DNA of 64,000 bases from Candidatus Magasanikiibacteriota bacterium. GTDB lineage: Bacteria; Patescibacteriota; Patescibacteriia; Magasanikbacterales; GWA2-37-8. The position numbers were made by a program, and so were the translations under genes. The notes below the pieces were generated by a model. It was not told where the DNA came from, ran no database searches, and saw only the letters and a program-made list of their open reading frames with translations. Location: assembly GCA_036744835.1 (NCBI GenBank), contig DAIOHD010000001.1:82320-146319 (forward strand), written 5' to 3'. This document shows, piece after piece, positions 1-9,432 of the stretch (the first letter of the stretch is position 1; each line of letters opens with the position of its first letter).

Positions 1-1878
1 AGTTGTTACCATAACCAAATATTTTATTTTTTCTAAATCAGCCATAGCCAAAAAAGCTGTAACTTTTTCATTTGGAGCCAATTGTAAAAAGTTTACCAAA
101 GCTTGGCCTTTGGCGGTACGAGAAGCTTGAGGAATGTCATAAGCCATCAATTGAAAACATCGACCGCGATTGGTAAAGAAAAGAATGTTGTCATGAGTAT
201 TGGTAGATTGGATTTGTTCTACAGCCTCTTCTTCTTTGGTGGTCATACCGATAACTCCTTTTCCACCACGGCTTTGTTGACGGAAAGTATCTGGTGGCAT
301 ACGTTTGATATATCCGTCGGAAGTTATCAAAATCATAGTTGGTTCATTTGGAATCAAATCTTCTACAGTAAAGTCCTTGATACCATGAGCAACGATTTGA
401 GTGCGACGAGGTTCTGCAAATTTTTCTTTTATTTCCGTAGTTTCATCCTTTATAATTTTGAGAATCTTGGTTTTAGAAGCTAAAATACTTTCCAATTCTT
501 TTATTAATTCTTTTTTTTCTTTTAATTCATCTTCTATTTTTTTGGCTTCCAAATTGGCTAATTGTTGTAATTTCATTTCCAAAATAGCCACTGTTTGTCG
601 TTCGGTGAATTTAAATTTACTCATCAAGTTTGTTTTGGCCTCTTCCTTATCTTTGCTAGCTTTTATTGTTTTTATAATTAAATCTATTTTATCAAGCGCC
701 ATTTTGAGACCTTCCAAAATATGAGCCCTGTCTTTGGCTTTTTCCAAATCAAAATCTGTTCGGCGTCGAATTACTTCTTGGCGATGTTTGATAAATTCTT
801 CCAAAACCATTTTTAGATTAAGAACTCGAGGTTGAATACCATCAACCAGAGCCAGCATATTGGTGTGAAAAGTTGTTTGCAGTTCAGTAAGATTAAAAAG
901 TTGATTGAGAATTTTTTTCGGATAAGCGTCTTTTTTTAGTTCAACGACAACACGAACACCGTCTTTGTTGCTCTCATCTCGTAAATCTCTTATTCCTTCA
1001 ATTCTTTTTTCTTGGACCAAATTGGCGATTTTTTCCAAAAGAGTGGCTTTGTTAATTTGATAGGGGACTTCGGTAACTACAATTTGAAAATAACCGGATT
1101 TAACTTCTTCAATATCTGCTTTAGCGCGAAGCACCACCCCGCCTCTTCCTGTTGCAAAAGCTGTAAAAATATCTTTTTTATTATAGATAATACCACCGGT
1201 TGGAAAGTCAGGACCTTTGACCATTTCGCAAAGTTCTTCTATGGAAGTTTCTGGAGCTTCTATAAGTTTAATAACGCCATCACAAAGTTCGCCTAAATTA
1301 TGTGGAGCTATGGAAGTGGCCATACCAACAGCAATGCCCATGGTACCGTTTAATAAGAGGTTTGGAACTTTGGTTGGTAAAACCATCGGTTCGGTGTGAG
1401 AGCCATCATAAGTTGGATTGAAATTAACGGTATTTTTTTCAATATCAGTAAGCATTTCTTCGGCAATTGCTCGGAGCTTAGCCTCGGTATAACGCATTGC
1501 AGCCGCACTATCACCATCCATGGAACCAAAGTTTCCCTGACCATTTACTAGTTGATGGCGCATAGAAAATTCTTGAGCCATACGAACCATAGAATCATAG
1601 ATAGCCGCATCGCCGTGAGGGTGATATTTAGCCATCACCTCACCAACTACATGGGCGGATTTACGGAATTTAGCGTTGTGTTTGAGTCCGATGTCCCACA
1701 TCGCATAAAGGATACGACGATGGACCGGTTTGAGACCGTCTCGAACATCTGGAAGCGCACGAGAAACAATGACGCTCATAGCGTATTCCAAATATGATTG
1801 TTTTACTTCTTCAGAAAGAGAAGCATCGGTGATTCTCCCAATATTTCCTTTGACAAGTTTCATTTTTTCTTGAGACAT
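1..1878 (-). CDS. gyrA: DNA gyrase subunit A, N-terminal approx. 625 aa; 3' end lies beyond the window start
   Basis: Reverse-complement translation begins [57 protein letters not shown]..., the canonical GyrA N-terminus with active-site region. Absent from the ORF track because no stop falls inside the window. Confidence 0.85.
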   Translation of the reverse strand, partial: MSQEKMKLVKGNIGRITDASLSEEVKQSYLEYAMSVIVSRALPDVRDGLKPVHRRILYAMWDIGLKHNAKFRKSAHVVGEVMAKYHPHGDAAIYDSMVRMAQEFSMRHQLVNGQGNFGSMDGDSAAAMRYTEAKLRAIAEEMLTDIEKNTVNFNPTYDGSHTEPMVLPTKVPNLLLNGTMGIAVGMATSIAPHNLGELCDGVIKLIEAPETSIEELCEMVKGPDFPTGGIIYNKKDIFTAFATGRGGVVLRAKADIEEVKSGYFQIVVTEVPYQINKATLLEKIANLVQEKRIEGIRDLRDESNKDGVRVVVELKKDAYPKKILNQLFNLTELQTTFHTNMLALVDGIQPRVLNLKMVLEEFIKHRQEVIRRRTDFDLEKAKDRAHILEGLKMALDKIDLIIKTIKASKDKEEAKTNLMSKFKFTERQTVAILEMKLQQLANLEAKKIEDELKEKKELIKELESILASKTKILKIIKDETTEIKEKFAEPRRTQIVAHGIKDFTVEDLIPNEPTMILITSDGYIKRMPPDTFRQQSRGGKGVIGMTTKEEEAVEQIQSTNTHDNILFFTNRGRCFQLMAYDIPQASRTAKGQALVNFLQLAPNEKVTAFLAMADLEKIKYLVMVTT

Positions 1879-1967
1879 ACATTATTATATTTTTTTTATT
1901 ATTCAATATTCAGTATTCAATATTTATGTTTAAAACAGAAAAAATATTGGATATTGAATATTAAATA

Positions 1968-2399
1968 TTAATTATTGTTTATTGATGAGGTTGTAGAAGA
2001 AGCAATGTTGAGAGTATTTGTTACCACTAAATCAACAGTGCTTGTATTAATCGTAGGCGTGCTAGTTGTGGTACTGACAATTTGTTGTAAAAATTCGGAA
2101 ACTTGTTTTTTTATTTCTTCAATATTTTTTTCTTTCTCTTGTGTAGCAAAAGAATTTTCCCATTGTTTTTGGATGTCATTTTTTGTTTTTATAGTAGCTT
2201 GATCCCAGGCGAAACTGTTAATCTGCAATTTAGCCGCATAAACAACAAAAAACAGAACTCCCAAAGAAATAAAAGTAACTCCGGCCCACATTATTTTATT
2301 AGCAGAGACTTTGGAGTTTTTTTGTTCAAAAAAATTAGCAAATTTTTCTAAAATTTCTGGATTTTCTTCAATTTTTTCCGTTATTTTTTTCTTGGCCAT
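1968..2399 (-). CDS. small hypothetical protein with one predicted TM helix and a Thr/Ser-rich tail
   Basis: 143-aa ORF in the track with hydrophobic segment WAGVTFISLGVLFFVVYAA. It directly precedes the MBL hydrolase gene on the same strand (1-nt spacing). Confidence 0.4.
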   Translation of the reverse strand: MAKKKITEKIEENPEILEKFANFFEQKNSKVSANKIMWAGVTFISLGVLFFVVYAAKLQINSFAWDQATIKTKNDIQKQWENSFATQEKEKNIEEIKKQVSEFLQQIVSTTTSTPTINTSTVDLVVTNTLNIASSTTSSINNN

Positions 2400-2400
2400 A

Positions 2401-3021
2401 TCAATAATTTTTTTCCAAGACGAAAATTTTTGTTTCTTCTTGTGGCAAATCTTTTTTCTTAAGAATAAGTTTTTTTTCTACGTTTTCCGGTTTAAGCCCC
2501 ATTTCTTTTAGAAAATTTTCAACCGGAGCAGCTTTGGGATCAGTATCGCATTGAAAAGCTACTGGTATAACTACTCGAGGTTCCAAAATAGAAACCACTT
2601 CACGTGCCGTTTTAGAATCAAGAGTTTTATCGGCATTACCAACAGGTAGAAACAGTATGTCTGGAGTGCCGAGTTTTTCGATGACACTTTCGGAAATTTT
2701 TTCTTTGACATTGCCCAAATGAACAATGTTCATCCCTTCAGCAGATATTTTGAAAATCATATCTTTTTCATTGGCGGCAATGGCATAAATCATATTATCT
2801 TTTATTTCATATTCGCCCAAAGTTTCTATGACAAAAGCTGAGTCGGAAATAGTTACCGATCCCTCAGCGCTATTGCTATAAAGAACAGTATTGGGAGAAA
2901 AATTACGAGGAAAATCACCGGTAGTTGGTTTGTATGGGTTTACTAAAATAACAACGTCTTCGTCTTTAAGATTTTTGGTTTGTAGTTTGACGCAAGTTTG
3001 TCCGAGCCAGTTTATATGCAT
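2401..3021 (-). CDS. MBL-fold metallo-hydrolase (UlaG/COG2220-like)
   Basis: N-terminus MHINWLGQTCVKLQT and overall length/pattern are typical of small MBL-fold hydrolases. Confidence 0.6.
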   Translation of the reverse strand: MHINWLGQTCVKLQTKNLKDEDVVILVNPYKPTTGDFPRNFSPNTVLYSNSAEGSVTISDSAFVIETLGEYEIKDNMIYAIAANEKDMIFKISAEGMNIVHLGNVKEKISESVIEKLGTPDILFLPVGNADKTLDSKTAREVVSILEPRVVIPVAFQCDTDPKAAPVENFLKEMGLKPENVEKKLILKKKDLPQEETKIFVLEKNY

Positions 3022-3097
3022 AAAAAATATGATTAAATAACGCCTTTATTTTATCATATTTAAATAATATCTGCAAGGGGAAAATGTGGGTAAAAAA

Positions 3098-3146
3098 GGG
3101 CTAAAATTAGCCAACTCTTGACAAATTTAACCAAGCTGTGTATAAT
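3098..3146 (+). promoter_or_regulatory. sigma70-type promoter of rpsA with upstream palindromic AT element
   Basis: TTGACA (3118-3123), 17-nt spacer, TG-TATAAT (3141-3146). Preceded by the palindrome GGGCTAAAATTAGCC (3098-3112). Confidence 0.6.
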
Positions 3147-3247
3147 AGTTCAAAATTCAAATTTTAAAGTTAATCCGATTTAGAGATTAACACTTTGTTC
3201 GTTATTAAAAACGAAAGGGTTAAGCGAATTTTTTTGTTTAATAAAAT

Positions 3248-4459
3248 ATGTCTAACAAAGATTTTAAGACATTATTGGCGGAAAATTTGGTAATATTTCC
3301 AAAAGTTGGGGATATTGTCAAAGGAAAAGTTCTTTCCGTTGATAAAGGAGAAGTGCGTATTGATGTAGAAGGTGTAACTACCGCCATTGTTCGTGGTGCG
3401 GAAATGTTTACCGAATCTCAGGAATATGCCAATTTAAAACCAAACGATCAAGTCGAGGGCACGGTTATTGATTTAGAAAATGAAAATGGCGAAATGGAAC
3501 TTTCTTTCCGTGTAGCTGGTATGCAGCGTGTTTGGGATAACGTGAGAAAATGGATGAAAGACAGCTTGACTGTCAAAGCTAAAGTTTTAGCGGCTAATAA
3601 AGGCGGTGTAATGATGCAGGTCGGCGCGATTGCCGGTTTTATGCCTGTTTCTCAACTCAATCCTGATCATTATCCTCGTGTGATGGGCGGAGATAAGAAT
3701 AGAATTTTAGAAAAACTTCAAGAACTCATCGGTAAAGATTTAGAAGTTAAGGTTATTGATGTTGATGAAAATGAAGAAAAATTAATAGTTTCTGAAAAAA
3801 GCGTTTGGGACGATGCTCAAAAAGCAGTGCTTGAAGCTTATAAAGTCGGAGATACAGTTGATGGTGAAGTTTCCGCACTTACTTCTTTTGGTGCTTTCAT
3901 CAAATTTGGTCAAGGTTTGGAAGGTTTGATTCATATTTCCGAAATTGCTTGGCAACGCATCGATCATCCAAAAGACTTGCTCAAAGTAGGGGACAAAGTC
4001 AGCGCTCAAATTATCCAACTTGATCATTCCAAAATCTATCTTTCCATGAAACGTTTGGTGGAAGACCCATGGAAATTGGTTAAAGAAAAATATAAAGTAG
4101 GCGCTACTGTTAAAGGTAAAATTTTAAAAATTGAACCATTTGGTTTGATGATCGGACTTGATAAAGATATCCACGGCTTGGCTCATGTTTCTGAACTTTC
4201 TGATGAACCTATTGCCAATATCCAAAGTAAATTCCAAATCGGTACAGAAATGGACTTTACTGTTGTTTCCTTAGAACCAACTGAACACCGTCTTGGTTTG
4301 CGTGTAGCTGGAGTCAAAGGCAAAGCCAAAAAAGAAGATAAAAAAGCAGAAAAAACTGAGAAACCTGAGAAAGCTGAAAAGGCTGAGAAAAAAGAAAAGA
4401 AACATAAAGAAGATAAGGAAGAAGTGAAAGAGGAAAAAGCAGAAGAGACAAAAGAATAA
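3248..4459 (+). CDS. rpsA: 30S ribosomal protein S1, reduced-length form with a Lys/Glu-rich C-terminal tail
   Basis: Repeated S1-domain signatures (GxV, FGAFIKF..GLIHISE). C-terminal tail KEDKKAEKTEKPEKAEKAEKKEKKHKEDKEE. Confidence 0.85.
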   Translation: MSNKDFKTLLAENLVIFPKVGDIVKGKVLSVDKGEVRIDVEGVTTAIVRGAEMFTESQEYANLKPNDQVEGTVIDLENENGEMELSFRVAGMQRVWDNVRKWMKDSLTVKAKVLAANKGGVMMQVGAIAGFMPVSQLNPDHYPRVMGGDKNRILEKLQELIGKDLEVKVIDVDENEEKLIVSEKSVWDDAQKAVLEAYKVGDTVDGEVSALTSFGAFIKFGQGLEGLIHISEIAWQRIDHPKDLLKVGDKVSAQIIQLDHSKIYLSMKRLVEDPWKLVKEKYKVGATVKGKILKIEPFGLMIGLDKDIHGLAHVSELSDEPIANIQSKFQIGTEMDFTVVSLEPTEHRLGLRVAGVKGKAKKEDKKAEKTEKPEKAEKAEKKEKKHKEDKEEVKEEKAEETKE

Positions 4460-4471
4460 TCTGATTAAAAA

Positions 4472-4497
4472 ATCACTCGAAAGGGTGATTTTTTGTT
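4472..4497 (+). terminator. rho-independent terminator after rpsA
   Basis: Hairpin AATCACTCGAAAGGGTGATT followed by TTTTTTGT. The same hairpin recurs after ftsH at 7714-7740. Confidence 0.6.
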
Positions 4498-4929
4498 TCC
4501 CTCTTTTATTTAAGAGAGGGGTTAGGGGAGAGTCTATCACCCCTCCTTTTCAAGGAGGGGGCTAGGGGGTGGTTTTGTATTCCTTGTAATATCCGACATC
4601 CTTCTTTTATAAATCTATTATTTTTTCTTTAATCCACTTTTTGTAACCCCGCCTTCGTCTGCCTTCGGCGAACTACGGACGGGCAGGCATAAACTGGAGG
4701 AAAAAGTTTCCTCACTGTTAAAACAAACAAAGCCAGTTGTCTTCTTCACTGTCGCTTTTGTTCAAAACTCGCCCTCCCGTCGACAACGGGAGGTCTCAAG
4801 CAGTTGAACAAATTTTGCTAGTGCAAAATCGTTCCAGTTCATCGCAACTGCTAGTTGTTTGTTTCAAATGCGAGGAGGGGCGAGTTATTGGTGAATATTA
4901 AAATGGCTTAAATTAGCCAAAATAAACCC

Positions 4930-4958
4930 TTGACAAAAACGCTAAAATGTGCTATAAT
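4930..4958 (+). promoter_or_regulatory. sigma70-type promoter of the GC-rich hypothetical gene at 5010
   Basis: TTGACA (4930-4935), 17-nt spacer, TGCTATAAT (-10 at 4953-4958). Upstream GGCTTAAATTAGCCAAAATAAACCC. Nearly identical to the promoter at 57780-57808. Confidence 0.55.
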
Positions 4959-5009
4959 ATGCAGTTAGTAATTTTGTTCCTTTTATTATGTTTTTTGAAG
5001 GAGAGAAAG

Positions 5010-5576
5010 ATGGAAATTTTAAAAAAAGTTTTAAAGTTTTTTGAAGCTTTGGGAGCGGAAAACTTCCGGGTGTTGCTTGAAGAAAACAATCTGGAAAAAG
5101 TAAAAGAGTTTTGTGAAACTCTAACTGTAAAGAAAGTCGTCGGCGATACCTATACCGCCGTGGTTGATTACACCATGTCGCTTGCCGATATGATTAAAGT
5201 CGGTAAGTACGACTGGGTCAACAATGATATTACCGCCGAACATTTCCCGATTACAGGAAGCGGTAAGGCGGAGATTGATTTCCAGCTTGTCTATTTGGAC
5301 AAATCAGCCAATTCAGAGGAAGTTCTTCTCCACATGGAAAAGAATAATCTTCGTCCGGCAACTCTGTTTGAACTTCTTGCTTTCGGGGCGAAATATCCTG
5401 AGCTACAACGCGAATTTCCAATTTGTGCCCTCGGCTCTTCCTGGGTTGGCTCGGATGGTAATCACTACATGCCCTACCTCTACAGGTTCGACTCCAGGCG
5501 TGACCTCAACCTCCGCTGGTTTGGCGGCGACTGGAATGGCTGCTGTCGTTTTCTTGCCGTCCGCAAGGCATCATAA
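5010..5576 (+). CDS. hypothetical protein in a GC-anomalous region (about 45-50% GC versus about 33% background)
   Basis: ORF in the track is 4947..5576. The preferred start is ATG 5010 (MEILKKVLKFF), which has the RBS GAAGGAGAG 5-13 nt upstream. The track start at 4947 lies inside the promoter. Followed by the terminator hairpin CTCCTGCATGTAATGTGCAGGAG at about 5648-5670. Confidence 0.5.
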   Translation: MEILKKVLKFFEALGAENFRVLLEENNLEKVKEFCETLTVKKVVGDTYTAVVDYTMSLADMIKVGKYDWVNNDITAEHFPITGSGKAEIDFQLVYLDKSANSEEVLLHMEKNNLRPATLFELLAFGAKYPELQREFPICALGSSWVGSDGNHYMPYLYRFDSRRDLNLRWFGGDWNGCCRFLAVRKAS

Positions 5577-5832
5577 ATTTTCTTGGTTCCTTGTGTCCTT
5601 GGTACTTGTTCTTGGACACTTGGATCCTTGGTTAGTTCTTTTATGCTCCTGCATGTAATGTGCAGGAGTCTTTTTTTTATACAATAATAGTTAGGGCTTG
5701 CCGGGCGTAGTCCGCCAGCTGACGGATGAAGCCTGGGGCTTGCCGGGCGTAGCTTTAGCGAAGACCGGTTGATTTTTTCTCACATATATAGTATGATGAA
5801 AATACTCTAAATTATATTAAAAACGTTTATTT

Positions 5833-7659
5833 ATGAAAGATTTTTTCAAAAATTTCATTATTATTTTTTGCTGTCTGCTTTTAGTAGCCGGAGCTTTGAG
5901 TTATTTCAAAGAAGATGAGAGTAAAAAACCGGAAACTATCGGTATTGGTCAAATGGTAGAACAAATCAATTCTGGTGCGGTGAAGAAAATCGTAGTAGAA
6001 GGTGATTTAATCAAAATAGAACTTCATGATGAAAACGCCAAACCACAAGAAGTTAAAAAAGAAGCTGGCGAATCTTTTGGTGATATTTTGAAAAATTATA
6101 GTGTGAGTGAAGAGGCCAAAAAGAATTTGGCCGTAGAAGTCAAAGATGAGAGTTCTACTAAATTTTGGATGATAAATTTTATTGTACCGATTATTTTACC
6201 GCTTTTGATTATCGTTGCTTTCTTTTATTTTATGAGTCGTGGAATTCAAGGTGGAAACAACAAGGCTATGGGTTTTGGACAAAGTAATGCCAAAATGGTA
6301 GATCCAAATAATAAAAATAAAAAAACTTTTGCGGACGTTGCCGGAGCTAATGAAGCCAAGGAAGAATTAGAGGAAATAGTAGAATTCTTAAAAAGTCCGA
6401 AAAAGTTTTCCGATATGGGTGCCAAGATTCCCAAAGGCGTGCTATTGATGGGTGCTCCAGGTACAGGTAAAACATTGCTAGCTAAATCTGTGGCTGGTGA
6501 AGCGAATGTTCCATTTTTCCATATGTCAGGATCTGAGTTTGTAGAGATGTTTGTCGGGGTGGGTGCTTCTCGTGTGCGTGATTTGTTTACCAAGGCCAAA
6601 AAAGCTGCTCCAGCTATTGTATTTATCGATGAGATTGATGCTGTGGGTCGTCGTCGCGGGACAGGTCTTGGTGGAGGACATGATGAACGTGAGCAAACTT
6701 TGAATCAAATTTTAGTTGAGATGGATGGTTTTGAACCAAATAGTGGAGTTATCGTGATGGCTGCCACCAATCGTCCTGATGTTTTGGATCCAGCGCTACT
6801 TCGTCCGGGTCGTTTTGATCGCCGAGTTGTTTTGAATATGCCTGATATCAAAGACAGAGAAGAAATTTTAAAAATTCATGCCAAAAATAAACCGATTATC
6901 AAAGAAGCTTCATTGCGTAAAGTCGCTGAACGCACACCTGGATTTTCCGGTGCGGATTTGGAAAGCTTATTAAACGAAGCGGCTATTTTGACTGTGCGTC
7001 GTAATCTCAAAAAAATCACAGAAACGGAAATTCTAGAAAGTATTGAAAAAGTAATGCTTGGACCGGAACGAAAAAGTAGAGTGATAAGTGAAAAAGAAAA
7101 AAAGATGACCGCTTATCATGAAGCAGGGCATGCTATAGTCGGACATGTTTTGCCTGATTGTGATCAAGTACGAAAAGTTTCCATCATTTCTCGCGGTCAA
7201 GCTGGAGGTTATACACTCAAAATGCCTTCTGAAGACAAACATTACTACACCTTGGCACAATTCAAAGATGAATTGGCAATGACCCTGGGTGGTTATGTGG
7301 TGGAAAAAATGATTTATGGTAATGATCAGATTTCTACTGGCCCATCTTCTGATTTGAAAACCGCTACTAAATTGGCTCGCGATATGGTGACTCGCTATGG
7401 TATGAGCCCGCTTGGACCGCGTACTTTTGGTGAAAGAGAAGAGATGATATTTTTGGGTAAAGAAATTCATGAGCAACAAGATTACAGCGATAAAACCGCA
7501 GAAATGATTGATAATGAAGTAACAAAAATTTTGAGTGAAGCGGAAAAAAGAGCCAAAGAAATTTTGGAAAGTAAAAAAGATAAATTGGAAGAAATGGTTG
7601 CAGTGTTGCTTGAAAAAGAAACAATTGAACAAGAGGAAATAAAAGAGATACTTGGGTAA
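5833..7659 (+). CDS. ftsH: ATP-dependent zinc metalloprotease FtsH
   Basis: N-terminal TM, Walker [21 protein letters not shown] region, Zn-binding HEAGHAIVG. Confidence 0.95.
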   Translation: MKDFFKNFIIIFCCLLLVAGALSYFKEDESKKPETIGIGQMVEQINSGAVKKIVVEGDLIKIELHDENAKPQEVKKEAGESFGDILKNYSVSEEAKKNLAVEVKDESSTKFWMINFIVPIILPLLIIVAFFYFMSRGIQGGNNKAMGFGQSNAKMVDPNNKNKKTFADVAGANEAKEELEEIVEFLKSPKKFSDMGAKIPKGVLLMGAPGTGKTLLAKSVAGEANVPFFHMSGSEFVEMFVGVGASRVRDLFTKAKKAAPAIVFIDEIDAVGRRRGTGLGGGHDEREQTLNQILVEMDGFEPNSGVIVMAATNRPDVLDPALLRPGRFDRRVVLNMPDIKDREEILKIHAKNKPIIKEASLRKVAERTPGFSGADLESLLNEAAILTVRRNLKKITETEILESIEKVMLGPERKSRVISEKEKKMTAYHEAGHAIVGHVLPDCDQVRKVSIISRGQAGGYTLKMPSEDKHYYTLAQFKDELAMTLGGYVVEKMIYGNDQISTGPSSDLKTATKLARDMVTRYGMSPLGPRTFGEREEMIFLGKEIHEQQDYSDKTAEMIDNEVTKILSEAEKRAKEILESKKDKLEEMVAVLLEKETIEQEEIKEILG

Positions 7660-7833
7660 GTAGGTAAGCGGTAAAGTTGTAAAGCCAATGATTTAATAAG
7701 CTAATAAGCAAAAATCACTCGAAAGAGTGATTTTTTGTAGTCTGAAGACTACAAGTCTAATATATTGACAAAACACAAACTTTACTCCTATAATAAATTG
7801 TTCTTTATTAAAAACAAATAAAAGGAGGATAAA

Positions 7834-8058
7834 ATGGATTTTTTAATGGAATGTACGGATAACAAATTAGATTTATTTTGTGCCCGTTGTCAAAAGAGTA
7901 CACAACATCTCCGTTTTGAAGAAGACCCGAGAATTGGTAGGATTATTTGGACCTGTTCTATTTGTAAAAAGAAAAAATCCACCAATAGTCAGGGATTGGA
8001 AAGACAAGAGGAAGTAGAAATTTTTGACGAGGATGATGAAAAGGAAGAAGAGATTTAA
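7834..8058 (+). CDS. small zinc-ribbon protein, paralog family member 1 (CxxC..H..W..CxxC) with acidic tail
   Basis: 74-aa ORF. FCARCQKSTQHLRFEEDPRIGRIIWTCSIC. Promoter TTGACA(7766)-18-TATAAT, RBS AAAGGAGG, terminator hairpin at 8069-8090. Confidence 0.55.
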   Translation: MDFLMECTDNKLDLFCARCQKSTQHLRFEEDPRIGRIIWTCSICKKKKSTNSQGLERQEEVEIFDEDDEKEEEI

Positions 8059-8148
8059 ATATAAAGACCGGCATAACCGGTCTTTTTTATTTCTAAAACA
8101 AAACTCGATCAATTAAGATCGAGTTTTTTGTGGTTTGTAGTTTGAATA

Positions 8149-9297
8149 CTATTTTACATTCTTTACAATTATTTTTATTTTATCCGGTAAAGTTGGAGCA
8201 GTACTGTTCCAAGAAGGAGAAAATTTTACACTTACACCAGTGACGTGTGGTAATCCAACAATATATCTTTCTATTTCGCTTTTTTCTTTACCTGTAAAAT
8301 TTGTTTTTGCCAAACTTTGCGCTTCGGCATTGAGAGTGACCAGGGTTTCTTGAGTAACATTTAATTGTGCGGTTTGAGCAGTCAAATCAGTGGAAGCTAT
8401 GGTTACATTTGGTTCGCCAGAAAGAGAAAGAATTTTTTCTGCGTCATTATCTATAGTTTTGCCTATTTCTTTATTTAATATTTCCTCCAAATCTTTTTTA
8501 GCAAAAAATACTCCGACAATTGTACTGGTTCCGCTTAATCTGAAACTACCAACTTCATCTCCGGCCTTATTGGAAGCCGTAGGATTGGAGTCGGAAACAG
8601 TTACTATTTTGAAATCAGCCCAAATTTCGGCTTCGCCTAATTGTTTGATGTAGGCTTGTTTTATTTTTTCTTTAAAATCATTTTTAGCGGTATTAATATC
8701 GCTTTCAGAGACTATGCCGATTTTGCCACTACCGCCAGTCATAGGTTTGGAACTTTGTGCATAAACCAATTTTTGTCTTTCGACGGATAGCCCGGGAATG
8801 GTAAATTTTGTCGGACCGATATCACTGGTTGCACCATTTTGATCAGCATAAACTTTGGCAATAATTTGGTCGCGAGCCGGTATGGTAACCCTATCTTCTA
8901 AACGAAACAAAACATTGTCCGGAGAAAGTAGGCGAGTAGTTTTGACCAAAGTTTGACTTTCGTTTGTGTTGTTGTAGATAATTACTTCGCCTTTGGAAAT
9001 ACCTTCTACCGATTTGGCGCCGGTCGGAGTATAATTTTCAGAATGAAAAAATTTAGTGGTGGTAACAACTGCAACTATATTTTTATCATCGCTTTTTTCT
9101 TTGACTGTATTCACAGTTAAATTTATAGTTTTTTTGTTTTCTTTGGCAATGATAGTAATTTCGGTTTTTTTGAGTGCTGAGAAAACAACCACAGTTAATA
9201 AAATGACGGTTAAAGCCAAGAAAGAAAAGGCAATAATCCGATATGTTTTTACCGGCGGTTCATGAGCCGGTTTAGTAGAAAGACGATGAGCGTACAT
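8149..9297 (-). CDS. hypothetical membrane-anchored (N-terminal TM) extracytoplasmic protein
   Basis: 382-aa ORF. TM segment IIAFSFLALTVILLTVVVFSAL, then a Thr/Ser-rich beta-type domain. No recognised motif. Confidence 0.5.
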   Translation of the reverse strand: MYAHRLSTKPAHEPPVKTYRIIAFSFLALTVILLTVVVFSALKKTEITIIAKENKKTINLTVNTVKEKSDDKNIVAVVTTTKFFHSENYTPTGAKSVEGISKGEVIIYNNTNESQTLVKTTRLLSPDNVLFRLEDRVTIPARDQIIAKVYADQNGATSDIGPTKFTIPGLSVERQKLVYAQSSKPMTGGSGKIGIVSESDINTAKNDFKEKIKQAYIKQLGEAEIWADFKIVTVSDSNPTASNKAGDEVGSFRLSGTSTIVGVFFAKKDLEEILNKEIGKTIDNDAEKILSLSGEPNVTIASTDLTAQTAQLNVTQETLVTLNAEAQSLAKTNFTGKEKSEIERYIVGLPHVTGVSVKFSPSWNSTAPTLPDKIKIIVKNVK

Positions 9298-9432
9298 AAA
9301 AATTTATTAAATATTGGATATTAAATATTGGATATTAAATATATTAAACAATATCTAATATCCAGTATCCAATATCCGTTTGAACAAACTAAACCAATAT
9401 AGTTTTATTATATCATTTTTAATGGTTTGTGA

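Noticed and set aside
103-1797. Track ORFs 103-483, 401-724, 1012-1296, 1217-1399, 1350-1544, 1552-1797 overlapping the gyrA region
   Set aside because: They are antisense or out of frame to a clearly conserved GyrA reading frame (minus strand 1-1878). Composition-driven spurious ORFs.
5224-5658. 144-aa ORF overlapping the 3' half of the GC-rich gene in another frame
   Set aside because: High GC removes stop codons in all frames. The Ser/Thr/Leu-rich product has no features. The frame of 5010-5576 has RBS, promoter and terminator.
6246-7711. Antisense ORFs inside ftsH (6246-6599, 6526-6708, 7033-7632, 7367-7711, 7482-7688)
   Set aside because: They are opposite a strongly conserved FtsH frame. 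Low-complexity products.
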